This document shows positions 15,481-29,544 of a stretch of DNA of 64,000 nt, in pieces. Location: the NCBI RefSeq assembly GCF_006345805.1, contig NC_043009.1, positions 27,900,001-27,964,000 on the forward strand. The letters run 5' to 3'. A model generated the notes under the pieces. The model saw only the letters and a list, made by a program, of their open reading frames with translations. It had not been told where the DNA came from and did not search any database. The DNA is from Octopus sinensis (Eukaryota). Within the stretch, counting starts at the first letter, position 1; each line of letters starts with the position of its first letter. A program made the translations under genes and the position numbers.

Positions 15481-16399
15481 AAGCTTCTGGTTTCAGATAG
15501 AAGTCTGAGCCTACAATTTTTCTTGAATTATTCTGTTGTTTGGATATATTTTAAAACATTATGAGAAAGTTATAATCCCACCCCTTATCTTCAGGTTTTT
15601 TTTTTTAAATCATGTGTGCGACACATGCAAAAATTACTATTTCATTCTCATGCTTTGCATTTCATTTCTGGCCTGTGTCGAAATACTCCTGATATTGTAG
15701 ACATTCTGCAAGTGAGGTCATTGTAAGAACAGACCTCATGGCACTGTAGGAAGTATCTTCTATTATGGCCTAGTCCAATCAATGCCATATAAATAGATGA
15801 GTAGACGGAAACTGTTTGGAATCCCATCCTGTATGTAATGGTGGGGGGCATGTGGACTAGTGGTTAGAGAGCTGGACTCATGATCATAAAGATTGTGGTT
15901 TCAATTCCTGGACTGGGAGATGCATTGTGTTCTTGAGCAAAACACTTCATTTCAAATTGCTCCATTCTACTCAACCGGGAAAAATGAGTTATCTTGTGAT
16001 CGACTAGCATCCCATCCAGGTAGGAAACTAGGTAACTGGCCCTTATGAATCAGTATATCTCAAGAAGGTAACATTACTTTCTTTACTATGTATGTGTGTG
16101 TGTGTTGTGTGTGAGTGTGTGTGTAGGCTATCTTTGTGTTTGTGGTTCTCTATCACTCCTTTACAACTGGTGTTCGGTTATCTACATCATCATCATCATC
16201 ATCATCGTTTAGCGTCCGTTTTCCATGCTAGCAAGGGTTGGACGCTTGCAATTTAGTGGCTTCGCAACGACAAGAGATGATAGAATAAACATCAAACTTC
16301 AATTAAGGACTGGTGTTAATTATATGACTAAAACCTTCAAAATATTCCCAGAATGACCACAGTTTGAATATATATATATGTGTGTGGTGTGTGTGTGTG

Positions 16400-16436
<37 letters not shown>

Positions 16437-16639
16437 TGTATAGTTAAATAAGGTTTGGGTAAAAACCTTGTGGAATTTAAACAGCCACCTGAGGAACTGC
16501 ATTTTACACCTTAGATAAATAATAATAATTACACAATGTCTCACCAATATACTACAGGTGTAAAAATGTGTCGAAACAATTGTAGTGATTTTAAATAAAG
16601 AATGTTACTCATTCCATTTCCTATCACATATCTATATAA

Positions 16640-16727
16640 AACATACATATGTACATACATACATACATACATATGTACATACATACATACACACATACAT
16701 ACACACATACATACACACATACATACA

Positions 16728-16761
<34 letters not shown>

Positions 16762-16871
16762 CATACATACATACATATCTGCATGCATGCATACATGCAT
16801 GCATACATACATACATACATATGTACATACATACATACACATATACATACATACATACATACATACATACG

Positions 16872-16905
<34 letters not shown>
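16640..16905 (+). repeat. (CATA)n microsatellite; others at ~945-1000 and ~7320-7385
   Basis: Direct reading. Confidence 0.95.
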
Positions 16906-16907
<2 letters not shown>

Positions 16908-16909
16908 TT

Positions 16910-17100
16910 TCCTTCTCTATTGGACTTTCCTACATTTTTTTTCCTCCATCTTCCTTTTCTATTGGACTATCTTCTGTCTTCTGTTTCTGAAGAAGAGCTT
17001 TGCTCAAAACGTAACACTACCTTCCCTGAGTGTCTGCTAATACTTTACATGTACCACGTCCTCGCGTTTTTGCTTTTTTGTGTTTGTTTTTCGTTATCTT
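16910..17100 (+). repeat. Dispersed repeat with a degenerate minimal hammerhead motif; second copy at ~58490-58640 (minus)
   Basis: Shared ccttttct(a/c)ttggact...ctgtttctga(a/t)gaagagctttg... between the two loci. Confidence 0.65.
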
Positions 17101-17263
17101 AATTTTATATATATTTATATAAATAATGATAAGATCGTTAATTTAAAAATAAAATAACGATTTTATCAAGTGGTCAGCATGGAAAAAAATGACCTTCAAA
17201 GGTAATAATTATTAAAATTATAAATTAGGGTATCTATGAGACACCACCATGCTGAAAATTTTG

Positions 17264-17294
<31 letters not shown>

Positions 17295-17594
17295 ATATGT
17301 ATATACATATATGTATATATGTTGAGACTTGTACACTTCAGGTTTGCGTAATATATGACAGGAAATGCATCCTTTACATAAACCTTCCTCAGTTAAAGTA
17401 AATGATATCAAAATATCACTATTTGGTATAATTTCCTTATTAGAACTTATACGACTTGATGCCAGAACACACACACCAGCCGGTCTAGACACCACTTATT
17501 TGGATGGTCTAACAATGATTTGAAGTTGTTCGTTACACTTCACTCGAGTCAAAAATTGTAGTACCGTACACCTTTTTTAACTCAACTTGAAAAC

Positions 17595-17626
<32 letters not shown>

Positions 17627-17716
17627 ACATACATGTACATACATAGACACACACACTCACACATATATAGTAATAACAGAAGTAATCCTTGGATGGCATT
17701 TAAAAACCAATTTAAA

Positions 17717-17768
<52 letters not shown>

Positions 17769-17839
17769 ACATATATATATATACATACATATACATACAT
17801 ACATACATATATATTATATATATATACATACATACATAT

Positions 17840-17870
<31 letters not shown>

Positions 17871-18225
17871 GATAGATACATAGATAGATAGATATATACA
17901 TAGATATATACATATATATGACACACATACACACGTATCTGCATACATATATCATATGTATATATATATATACTTACATCTTATATCCATTAAATACACA
18001 TAATTAAACAATCCTTAAATGCACCAAAACACCTGCATAAAAGCAGATTTAGTCTTCCGATATCGTTTCTTAGATTAACTTCAGCAGTTTTACCTTTTAA
18101 AGTAAAGTGGATCCCGTAACACTCGCCCACCACCACCACCACCACCACGCACACACATCTGTGTGCATGTATACATATATATATACATGGATATATATGC
18201 ATATATATATATGTATGTATGTGTG

Positions 18226-18289
<64 letters not shown>

Positions 18290-18597
18290 GATATATATGT
18301 ATGTATATATTTATCTGTTCTCTGATATCCTTAATCTCATTTAACACTTAAGCTTTTGGTAGCTTGCAGATTGGATTTAGGAAACTAATCAATAGAAAAA
18401 CTAGACCGGAATTAATTTGCAGACAAATGTTTCTGTACCTGTATGTACATATGTTCACATTTAGGTACATACATACGTATCTGTGTCTGTACACACACAC
18501 ACCATCATCATCATCACATATATATATATATATATAAATATATATGTGTGTGTGTGTGTATGCTTACATATAGGTATGTATGCATATATATACACAC

Positions 18598-18636
<39 letters not shown>

Positions 18637-19017
18637 GATGTGTGTGTGTGTATGGAGGTGTTTATGTTTGTATAGATGTAAGTAATATTAGAGAAAAGAT
18701 ATTTAATAACGATGAATATGTTTTCATCATTAGTAATGAAGGACACACCTGACTGCTTATAAGAGTTTCTCTTTGAGACTAATATTAGGAATGGTTAATA
18801 TTTTTTGCAGAAATTAGTATCTACCAATAGTGGTTGGTAATTATTTGATAAAACTCAAAACATTACCAAAAATAAATGTTAGTCTTGTATCACATAACGT
18901 TCATGTACATACACACCTCTATTGTACATACGTTCAGATACATAGATATAGATATATGCACTCACTTACGCACATACAACATACATACACATATATATTT
19001 GTATGTATGTATATATG

Positions 19018-19050
<33 letters not shown>

Positions 19051-19075
19051 GTATGTAAATATATATATAAAAATA

Positions 19076-19113
<38 letters not shown>

Positions 19114-19151
19114 GTAAATTTATATATAAAGATATATTTATATATATATAT

Positions 19152-22100
19152 ACTTTGATACTTTGATACTTTGATAGGTTTCGGCCATTATTGGCCCAGG
19201 CCATGTCTAACTTAATAGCACCACCTGGTGAAGTCTTTCAAGTCAGAATTTGGGCACTATGGCCCACTCAAGTAGAGAGTTATTGTTTACAGAGACATAT
19301 CCGGGTGTAGGGGGTTTATCCGGGATTTCTTGAAGGAATCTGTCCAAAGACTTCTTGAACCCTATAGGGTCAGTTTCTGTTTTAATGTGTTTTGGTGTAA
19401 TGTTAAAGAGAGCGGGGCCAATTGAGGTGAAATAATTGTGCCGTATTGTTGTTATGAGATGAGAGTGCGATTTTTGTTTTGGGCGGATGGCATGGGGCCC
19501 AAGCCTTGGATGTACCTTAAAGGTGATGTCAACATCATTTGGGCAATGCTGATGGAATATTTTCCACATCATGCAGATGATGTAGCGCTCACGACGACGT
19601 TGGAGAGAATAGAGTTTTAGCTTTTCTAGCCGACCCCAATAGTCGAGGCCTGTCATGCCATCTATCTTTTTTGTGATTGCCCTTTGAGGTGCTTCAACTT
19701 TTATGATACCTTGTATTGTGTGGGGAGACCACAGTGGACAACAGTATTCAAGGTGGGGTCGGGCAAAAGTGGAGAAGAGAAGGATAATGGTGTGGATATC
19801 TCTCGACTGGAAAGTTCTGAGAATCCAGGAACACATTCTGCGGGCCATGTCAACTTTGGTGTTTATATGAGTGGCCCAGCTTACGTTGTTGTCCACAATT
19901 ACTCCCAAGTCTCTGATGTTGTTGGACGCCGCGAGAGTTTCACCTGAAGGAAGGGAGTATGAGAGTTTCAGGGCATCCTCTTTTCCAAAGTGGATTAGCT
20001 CAAATTTATCCTCGTTCAGCAGCATATTGTTTTTCTGCCCATTGGATAACAGCCAGTAGATCTGACTGAAGGCATGTCGGTCACTCGCCTCATTTATGAC
20101 CTTCTGTAGCTTGGAGCATCTGCAAAGATTTTTATGTTGCTGTGCTTGATGAGTCATTAATGTCATTAATGTAAATGATGAAAAGAAGTGGGCCAGCACA
20201 GTGCCTTGCGGAACGCCACTACTGACTTTGGCTGGGCTTGATTTTACCCCTTCAACTACAAATGTTGAGATCTGTCTGTCAGGAACACATAATCCATTTC
20301 AGTAACTTTCCAGAGACACCAATGTTGGATAGTTTTTTCAATAGGATCTTGTGATCGACCCTGTCGAAGGCCTTACTGAAATCAAGGTAGATGACATCGG
20401 TGTTGGAGCCCTCTCCCAAAGCTCTCAAAATGTCCTCAAAGTGATGCAGGAGCTGCGTTAGGCAGTCCCTTCCATTACGGAACCCCTGTTGGTTGGAGAT
20501 CAGCCGTCTGTTGCTTTCCAGAAATTGGGTATTCGAGATCTCACCACCCTCTCAAATACCTTGATGATATGAGAGGTGAGTGAGATCGGACGGTAATTCA
20601 CTGCAAGGGACTTGTTTCCCTTTTTGAAAACTGGGACAACAGACTGGGACAGAAGGTTTTTTGGAATATAGCCAGCATCCAGTGAGTTTCTCCACAGATT
20701 AGCAAGGGGAGATGCAAGTTGGTGTCGACACACCTTCAGGACACAAGCAGGGAACCTATCGGGGCCTACTGCTGAATTGTGTTTTATTTCGTTTATCGCC
20801 GCTAAGACATCAGGGGCACTAAACGTTATGTCCGATATAGTGTGTTGGGGGTTGACATCACTGATACAGCCAGATCGGCCATATCAGGATTGCTGAAAAC
20901 AGAGCAGTATTGTTTCTGCAGTATCTCGGCCATGGATTTGGCATTATCTGGAGAGTGCCAGTTTCGTCAATTAGAGGGCCTACAGTGGAGACAGTGACCC
21001 TGCGTTTCCTCGCAAATGAAAAGAACACTTTGGGGTTGAGTTTGATTTTTTCAATGGCCCACTTCTCCTCAGCTGATCTTTGGTTATTGATGGGGTCTTC
21101 ATGCATTGTTGGAGGTTATATTTTTTGGATTCAAGCAGTGCGATAGCCGTCGAATGTGTGTGTTGCTGTTGGCAGTACTTTAGTTTGTTAATTTTTTTGT
21201 TTGTTCTTTTTATTTTTCTGATAATGGTTTTTCTGTTTTGGGGGATTCTGCACTTTTTGTTCACAGGTCTTGGTGGGGAGTGTTTGCACATATGTCTGTG
21301 ACGGTGTCTACAAAGATCTGCCAAGATGTTTTATGGTTGGTGGAGATGTGTGTATGTGTAAAGGACCAGTCAACATTTGATAGCTCGTTCCTGATTGCAT
21401 CCCAGTTGGCTTATGGAGATCCATGTTGTCAAATGGGTGGGCTGGAGGAAGGTCACTAGGATTAGCTTTCGGCTGGTGGAATTTCATGTTACAGAGAACC
21501 ATGTCATGGTCTGAAAGAAGGGTTTTTTCCACTGTAACTTATGTATAGTGTTAGTGGGTTACTAAACACTAGGTCCAAAATGTTCTGATGTCTTGTTGGT
21601 GCAAGGACAGTTGGGACAAGAAAAACTCATTCGTAAAGTCGAAAAGTGACTCTGCTGCTTCTTTGTCAGCGGTTGAGGCGGGAGTGCTTGGTTTCAAACA
21701 GTTGTAGTCCAGTCAACACAGGGTAGATTGAAGTCTCCCATCATGAGTATGTTGCTAGAATGGCACTGTTGAATAAAGCACTTAATGCTGTTGAGGCATT
21801 CTTTAAAGCACAGTATGGGTTTGGGGCGGCCTATAGAGCCCAATTACTGTCAGGTCATTGGCTTTGTTGTGCACGGTGACTGATTCACAGTAGCCATTGG
21901 AGAATATACTATTTCCATCTGCCGTAAATGAATCATGCAGGAAAATGGCAGTTCCACCCTCCTCCTGCCGATACGATCCGCGCGGATGGTTGTGAAATTC
22001 TTCACTCTCACTTCGGCTTCCAAGTGGGAGTTGTCAAGGTGGGTCTCAGTGAGAATGAAGAAAGGGATGTGGTGTGAATGGTTACCAACCCAGTCTTCAA

Positions 22101-23090
22101 TGAATTGGACCTTCCATTTTGTGCATTGATGGAAGGGCTGACACCTTGTGCATTGAGTAGGATAGGTGGAGGTTAGTGTAGTGGCTGATTTTGACTGTTG
22201 CAGGGGGCTTGGATTTTTTGTGTGTGTTAGTGGCAGCAATGTGGGGAATTGGTGCACTGGGTAATAGCATAGGATGGTGTTGAGTGATGCTAGAATGTTT
22301 TTGTGTATCTCTTTTGCCATGTTCAACATGGCTAAAAAAGAATTTTCCTGCTTAGGGAGTTTTTGGCTGGAGGTGTGGTTGCACTGTTGGATAGGGTTGT
22401 AGTTTCCACTTTTGTTGTGTTGTTTTTGTGTCTTCCTGAAAAGACTGGACCAGCATTACTGCAGCATGGTTGTGTTTCTATTTTTATTGTTATTCAGGTT
22501 TGTGTGTTGGCTTGAGGCCCCGTTTCTGTTTGTGCGTCGGGTCCCTGGAAGATGAGTGAAGGGACAGTCACTCAGTAGACATGTTCTCTCAGGTTGGGAA
22601 TACGCAGATTTGGACTCCGAGTTGTGTGTGTTTTGAATTTCGATTTACTATTTGGTGGTGTTGATGTTATTGTGGGATGCGTGCTTTGGCCTTGGCCGGT
22701 AGTGCGTCTAGTGCCGGGTAGATGCGTGAAGATGCAGTCACTATTTGTGCAGAGTCTCTGGCACAGTGAATAGCGGCATATTTGGGGATTTCTTGTTTGT
22801 GCCGTGGGGGGCGCATTCTGCTTCCTATGTTTCTTTAAGTTTTTGTTACTGCAGTAGTATTGAGGTGGTGATGTGGGGGAAGAGGGCAGTGGTTTTCTTA
22901 TTTGGTTTTCTGTCGGTATTTTGGTGATAGAAGACGATGGAGGCAGCGGTGGTGGTGATGATGTGATGATGATAATTGTGGTGGTTGCTGTGAGAGCAGT
23001 GAAAAGATACTGGCATTTAGTGAATCATCTAGTAGCTAGAGTTGAGGAGTGGCTGTTGTTGTTCTTGTTGCGTGGCTGTTGTTGTTGTTG
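19152..23090 (-). mobile_element. Near full-length decayed CR1-clade non-LTR retrotransposon (ORF1-like region with 2 CCCH fingers, APE endonuclease, RT, 3' tandem tail)
   Basis: Minus-strand translation gives APE motifs (FFILTETHLD, IRADRIG), RT motifs (DVIYLDFSKAFDRVDH, GVPQGTVL, frameshifted FAD[D]) and the CR1-type C-terminus (RDLGVIVD, RPHLEYCCPLWSP, YWGRLEKLKLYSLQRRRERY). 3' end is an (ATCAAAGT)n repeat at 19152-19176. Several frameshifts and stops. Confidence 0.92.
19243..20199 (-). pseudogene. Longest open segment of the CR1 LINE ORF2 (RT C-terminal part)
   Basis: 318-codon ORF in the track. Its first ~30 codons are out of the RT frame (frameshifts around LGPLLF and the FADD motif), so it is not an intact ORF2. 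Confidence 0.85.
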
Positions 23091-23249
23091 TTGTATATAT
23101 ATACTATATATTATATATATAATATATATATATATATATAGATATCTATACATATATGTAAATTTATATATAAAGATATATTTATAATATATATATAATA
23201 TATATATATTATCTATATGTATGTATATATAATCTATATATATATAGAT

Positions 23250-23285
<36 letters not shown>

Positions 23286-23612
23286 ATATATATATATATA
23301 TTATGATATAGATATGTATATATATGTATATATATATATAATATATATATGTTATACATATGTATATATTATATACACTATATGTATATATATATATATA
23401 TCATATATATATATATACCATATGTCTTATATACATAGTATATATATACATATGTATATATATACATATGTATTATATATATATATGTAATATATAATAA
23501 TAGATATATAATATATATATATATAATATATATATATATAATATATATACACATATGTATATATATACATATGTATATACGTGCGGGTGGCACGTAAAAA
23601 GCATATATATTA

Positions 23613-23643
<31 letters not shown>

Positions 23644-23672
23644 TGTAAATTTATATATAAAGATATATTTAT

Positions 23673-23708
<36 letters not shown>

Positions 23709-24678
23709 GTATGTATATATATAGATATATAATTAATGTATATTATGTATATATATATATATTTATATGTATATATATGATATATATATATTATATATAT
23801 TATATATACATATAATATACATTATATATAATAACATATATATATACATATGTATATATATATATATAATGAATATATATATACATATGTATATATATAC
23901 ATATGATTATATATACATAGTATATTATATACATATGTATCTATATATATATATATATTATATATATATATATATATATTTACACATATGTATATATATA
24001 CATATGTATATACGTGCGGGTGGCATGTAAAAAGCACCCACTACACTCACGGAGTGGTTGGCGTTAGGAAGGGCATCCAGCCGAGTAGAAGAAAACATGC
24101 CAGATCTGACGGGCCTGATGAAGCCTTCCAGCTTCACAGACCCCAGTTGAACCGTCCAACCCATGCTAGCATGGAGAACGGACGCTAAATGATGATGATG
24201 ATGATGATGTATATATGTACATATGTATAATATATACATATGTTATACACATATATATATATATATATATATATTATACATACATACATATATAAAACAC
24301 ACACACACACATATAGTATATATAATATATATATATTATATATATATATGTGTGTGTGTGTAGCTCAAAGAAATTTGAATTTTGATTTTTATGTTTTATT
24401 TACAATCTTATATTAATAACAATAATAATAAATATATATATATATGTATACACATTCATATGTATATATGCATACACACACACACATACATATATATACA
24501 TACATACATTTGTACACACATATCCATGTATACATATCATCCTCTTCATCATTATCTGTTTTCCATGCTGGCATGGGTTGGATGGTTTGACAGGAGCTGG
24601 TAAAGGCCAGGAGCCAAGCCAGGTTCCATACACAACACACACATGCACACATACATATACATACTAATATATACATGT

Positions 24679-24741
<63 letters not shown>

Positions 24742-27700
24742 TTGTATGTATTTACTTATACATGTGTGTGTGTATGTGTGTGTATATATATATATATTGG
24801 TACATGTAGTCATGTGTGTGTATATGTTATTGCAAAATATGTGTGCAAAATATAGCCTTATATGCATGTACACAATACACAAATACTTAAATGTTTCACA
24901 CACACACATATACATGCATACACAGATGCATGCATACACATGCACACAGCAAGAAAATTACTGATACATACAACAATAAGTGCAGAACACACATACAGTT
25001 TCACATATAAAGGTGACCTAGCAGAGGTGTTAGGGTGTCAGTTGAGGTATCTTGCAGTATTTATTTGTTCCAAATCACTGCATGCTGAGTTCAAATGCAG
25101 ACAAAGCTAGCTGTGCTTCCATCCATTTTAGATCAATAAGTAATGTAACAGACCAATACCGAGTCTTATTATTATTATTAATTATTAATTATTAATTATT
25201 ATAGTTATCGATTATAATTATTAAGGTAGTGAGCCGGCAGAATCGTTAGTGCATCAGATGAAATAATTAACAGCATTTTCTTGTTCTGAGTTCAAATTCC
25301 ACTAGGGTCGATTTTGCAGTTCATCGGTGGGTCAATCAGTTAAGTACCAGTTGAGTACTGGAGTCAATATAACTAATTTCTCTTTTCCGTCAAAATTTCT
25401 GGCCTTGTGTCAAAAATTAGGAAAGATTATTATGACTAGTATCATGGTCATTGTCTTCTTCTCCTTCTTGTTCTTCTTTCTCTGTCCATCCTCCCCACTC
25501 ACTCTCCTGGAAGGAAATCCTCTGTGGACCCAGCAGGAGTGGTATCGCCTACAACCAGGTTTGATGTTTACAACATGCTGTATTATATAATACTGGTGCC
25601 TCCATGATACCATTGGATGGTGGGGGCTCAAAGCATGACACACACACACACACTCAAACACACATGTATAGGTATATGTACATAATTATAAACATACATA
25701 CATGTATGTATGTATGTATGTATATAATTTTTCCACAATTTAATTGTTTTTCATGCTTTACTCAAAGTTGAAAAAGTCGCAGACTGAAACCCGTAACTAA
25801 AATGTTCTTCGTGATAAAATTATTTTAGCATGTTCTACCTCATTCTATTTTCCTTATATATATAATACACACACGTGTGTATGTATATTGTGTTTCCATG
25901 TTACATATAGTTGAGGTGCATAGCTTGGTAGTTAAGGTGTTGCATTGATGTCGGTAAGATTGTGGCGAGCTGGTAGAAACATAAGCATGCTGGGCAAAAT
26001 GTTTAGCGGTACTTTGTCTGACTTTATATTCTGAGTTCAAATTCCACTGAGGTCGACTTTACCTTTCATCCTTTCGGGGTTGATAAATTAAGTACCAGTT
26101 ATGTACTGGGGTCGATGTAATTGGCTTAATCCCTTTTTCTGTCTTTGTTTGTCCCCTCTGTTTTTAACCCCTTGTGGGTAGTAAAGAAATAAGATTGTGG
26201 TCTTGATTCATAGACTGGGTGTAGTGTTGTATTCTTGAGGAAAATACTTAATTTCTGTCCAGGTGTGGAAAATATACACCACAGAATCTGGGAAACTGAC
26301 CTATGCTTTGAGAAGAACCTTTGATCTATTTTTTATGTTATATATATATATATATATGCACAGAGAGATGGAGAGAGAAAGAGAGAGAGAGAGTGATAGA
26401 AATAAAGATAGAGAAAGATACATATATATATATATGCATATATAGATACATACATGCATATATAAATGTATACATGTATATGTATGCTTGTATGTTATTT
26501 ACATATATATGCACATGCCCTCCCCCCACACACACACACGCACACACATACATGCATACATGGATGGAAGGATGGATTGATGGATGGATGGATGGATGTA
26601 GGAGCAGTTCACTTTTTATTTTGCGACTTTGAGATCCTGGGTTTGAGTTCAATCCCAGTTCATGGAAAAAATTTTATTGGATAAGTCTTTTTTTCTTTTA
26701 GCACAGCCTCTAACTGGCCCAAGACTTGCACATGAAACTTGGTAAATAAAAGCATGTAATAGCCTGTCAATGGGTTTAAATCTGGAACTGAAACGGATGG
26801 TATTTGTTGCATGTTGTATCATGCTGTTTTGGTCTAAGAGAATCATATTAAGGACATACATGTCCCTGGAATGAATACTAAACTTCTTCCATGCTATTTA
26901 ATCAATGGAGATCACAGATAATGAAATGAATCAACACTTTGTGTCAAAGTCTAGTGGAGGGTCAATCAAATTTCATTTATTTAAAGGTTTTAATTATATT
27001 ACCGAATGAGAAAAAGGGAGAGAGGTGAGCCAGCTGTTTATGTAAAAACTTTTATAATTTCTATTTACAATTTTTTATATAAAAATACCCATCTATGAAA
27101 TATTGTAAATAATAAAAATTTGAAGCTCTTAATTATATTCATCTAACAGGGAAATGTGAGAGGAGAGGGTATGAGTTTGCTGTTTATGTAAACTGTTTTA
27201 GAATTTCGGAAGAAGCATTTTAACTTTTCATTTCAAAATGCTTTACTTCAACAAAGACAAAATTAAAAGAATATTGTAAATGAGCATAATAGTAAAAATT
27301 TAGAAACAATTTTCAAAGAATTTCAAATCAAGAATCTATATAAAAAAACAAAAAATTCTTACCTTTTTCGTGAAGATTATTTTTTAAAAAATAAGAAAAT
27401 GATTCAATTAATTTTTTTTTAGAGATATTTCCTGTTTTTATGTAATCCAAAAAGATATCCTTTTATATTGTTAAAAACTTCACCTGTGAATATTTCAGGC
27501 AGTTTTTCCTTCTTCTAAAGGTAAAAACAATTCCATTCTTCAGGTAATATTAATTTAGAAAGACATTTACAACTAAAAAATAAAATAAATTGAAAGCTGT
27601 TGCTTTTTTTTCTATTTTAGTTTTAATTATTTTCTTTTAGGGCACTTTGATAATTTTTGCTTTGCCTTACTTTATATATATATATGTGTGCGTGTGTATG

Positions 27701-27756
27701 TGTGTAGGTAGGTAGACAGGTTGGTAGATAGATATGGATAGGTAGGTAGACAGATT

Positions 27757-27799
<43 letters not shown>

Positions 27800-28268
27800 C
27801 AGAGTTTGTTTATTGAATTGTATATTGATGTGTGTTCAATAATTAATTTTTTTTTTTTTTGTAAAACTTTGAAACTGAGAAAAATGTAATTATAAGCAAA
27901 ATTAAATGAAAACTTATTGCTTGAAAACTTGCTCTGGTTGTTTTTTTTTTCCTTTTTCTTCTTTTTTTCTTGTTTTCAAAGCTTCAAAATTTAGAACTAG
28001 AGATATCGATATCAACTGACTGGGAGGATAAATAGACAAAAATTTTAAAAGCAGAATACAAGTAGGTAGTATTCAAATATATATATACATATATATGTTT
28101 ATATCTATATATGTGTGTATATGTATCTGTACATGTTGAGGATTTACGAAGTGTGTAGGGGGAGTGATGAGTAGCAGTAAAAGTGAGGGGGTGAGAAGGG
28201 AAAGAGAGACAAGTTGAGAGATAAAGAGAGAGAGAGAAAATAAGAAAGAAAGTGAATGGCAAGTTTGC

Positions 28269-28311
<43 letters not shown>

Positions 28312-28517
28312 GCTAATGCTGCTGCATTGAAAGTAGAGATAAAGTACAGTTTAGTGTATTTAACTGTAATGAAGAGCGTGAAAGAGTAAAAGTTATCCAA
28401 TTAATTGAAATTGGATAAACAAAATGGGAGGGAGAGGGGGGAGAAGAGAGAGAGAGACAAACGTAGAGAGAGAGAGCTTATTTGAGAGGGGGGTAAGAAA
28501 GAGAAAGGCAGATTCAC

Positions 28518-28636
28518 TAGAGATGAGCTATGGAGTTTGACAAAGCTTGTTGGCTGGTTGGTTGAATGTATGGTTGGCTGGGTTGCCTGGTGTGTTGCAG
28601 CTGTCCCACTTCTGGTGGTGCTGTCGGCTGGTTCAT
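28518..28636 (-). CDS. Candidate first coding exon of an unidentified minus-strand gene (MNQPTAPPEVGQLQHTRQPSQPYIQPTSQQALSNSIAHL)
   Basis: gccATG context, non-repetitive Q/P/S-rich reading, preceded by a (GA)-rich leader. A possible donor TA|gtgaat splits the in-frame TAG. No homology recognised. Confidence 0.3.
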
Positions 28637-29544
28637 GGCTCTCCTCTCTCTTTCTCTCTCCGTCTCGCTTTCTCTCTCTCTCTCTCCACACTTTCGGTGG
28701 CAGCGGCAGTGGAAGCTTGTAGGCACTCTCCTTTCCTTCTCTCTCCCGTTCTCGTTCTCATGCACTCTCTCTCTCTCTCTCTCTCTTGGAGAATCAAAAC
28801 TTAACATATAACTGCATCTACATACATGTACGTGTGTGAGTAATATATATATATAATACTATTGTATGAATGGACAACAACAACAATAGCAACAACAACA
28901 ACAACAACACTGCAACAACTGCCTCTCCCCACTCTGTCACCATCACCCCCACCTCCATCGCCACTGTTACCACTACCACTGCTGCTGACAATAGCACTGC
29001 TGATTGGGAGATGGGTGGGGGAGGGGTAGAAGGTAGGAGGAGCATTAGTGGGAAGGCGGGAGAGAGGAGAGATGATGAGGAGGTGGTGGTGTAGATGATG
29101 GTGGAGGTAGTGGTGGTGGAGGTCATAGTGAAGGTATTGGTGGTGATTGGTGTGGTAGTGGTGGTGATGGTGGTGGTGGTGGCTAGATGGTGGTGGTGGT
29201 GGCTAGATGGTGGTTGCCGAAAGTGAGATGATGATGATGGTGGTGATGGCAATATGAGGCAGTGACTAGAAGAAGAAGAAGAAGAAGAAGAAGAAGAAGA
29301 AGAAGAAGAAAATTACAATGAAAATAAACAAGAAAAAAACAGGAATACACAAAAAATAAGTGGGAGAAAATGGAGAGAAAAATGGCTGAAAGGGGTCAAT
29401 GTTAGAAGAGAAATAAGTTATCAGAGGGTGGGAGGTAGAAACATAGAGAAAGAAAGAAAGAGAGAGAGGGAGAGTATGAGAAAAGGTGAGAAAAGAAACA
29501 GAGGGGGGAAAAAGTAGAGGAAACCTAATAATGAAGGATGATGT

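Noticed and set aside
17325-17600. Unique-looking stretch between TA tracts as an exon
   Set aside because: No frame is open between plausible splice sites on either strand.
19243-20199. Active reverse transcriptase or host gene
   Set aside because: The catalytic region is frameshifted and the rest of ORF2 has multiple stops.
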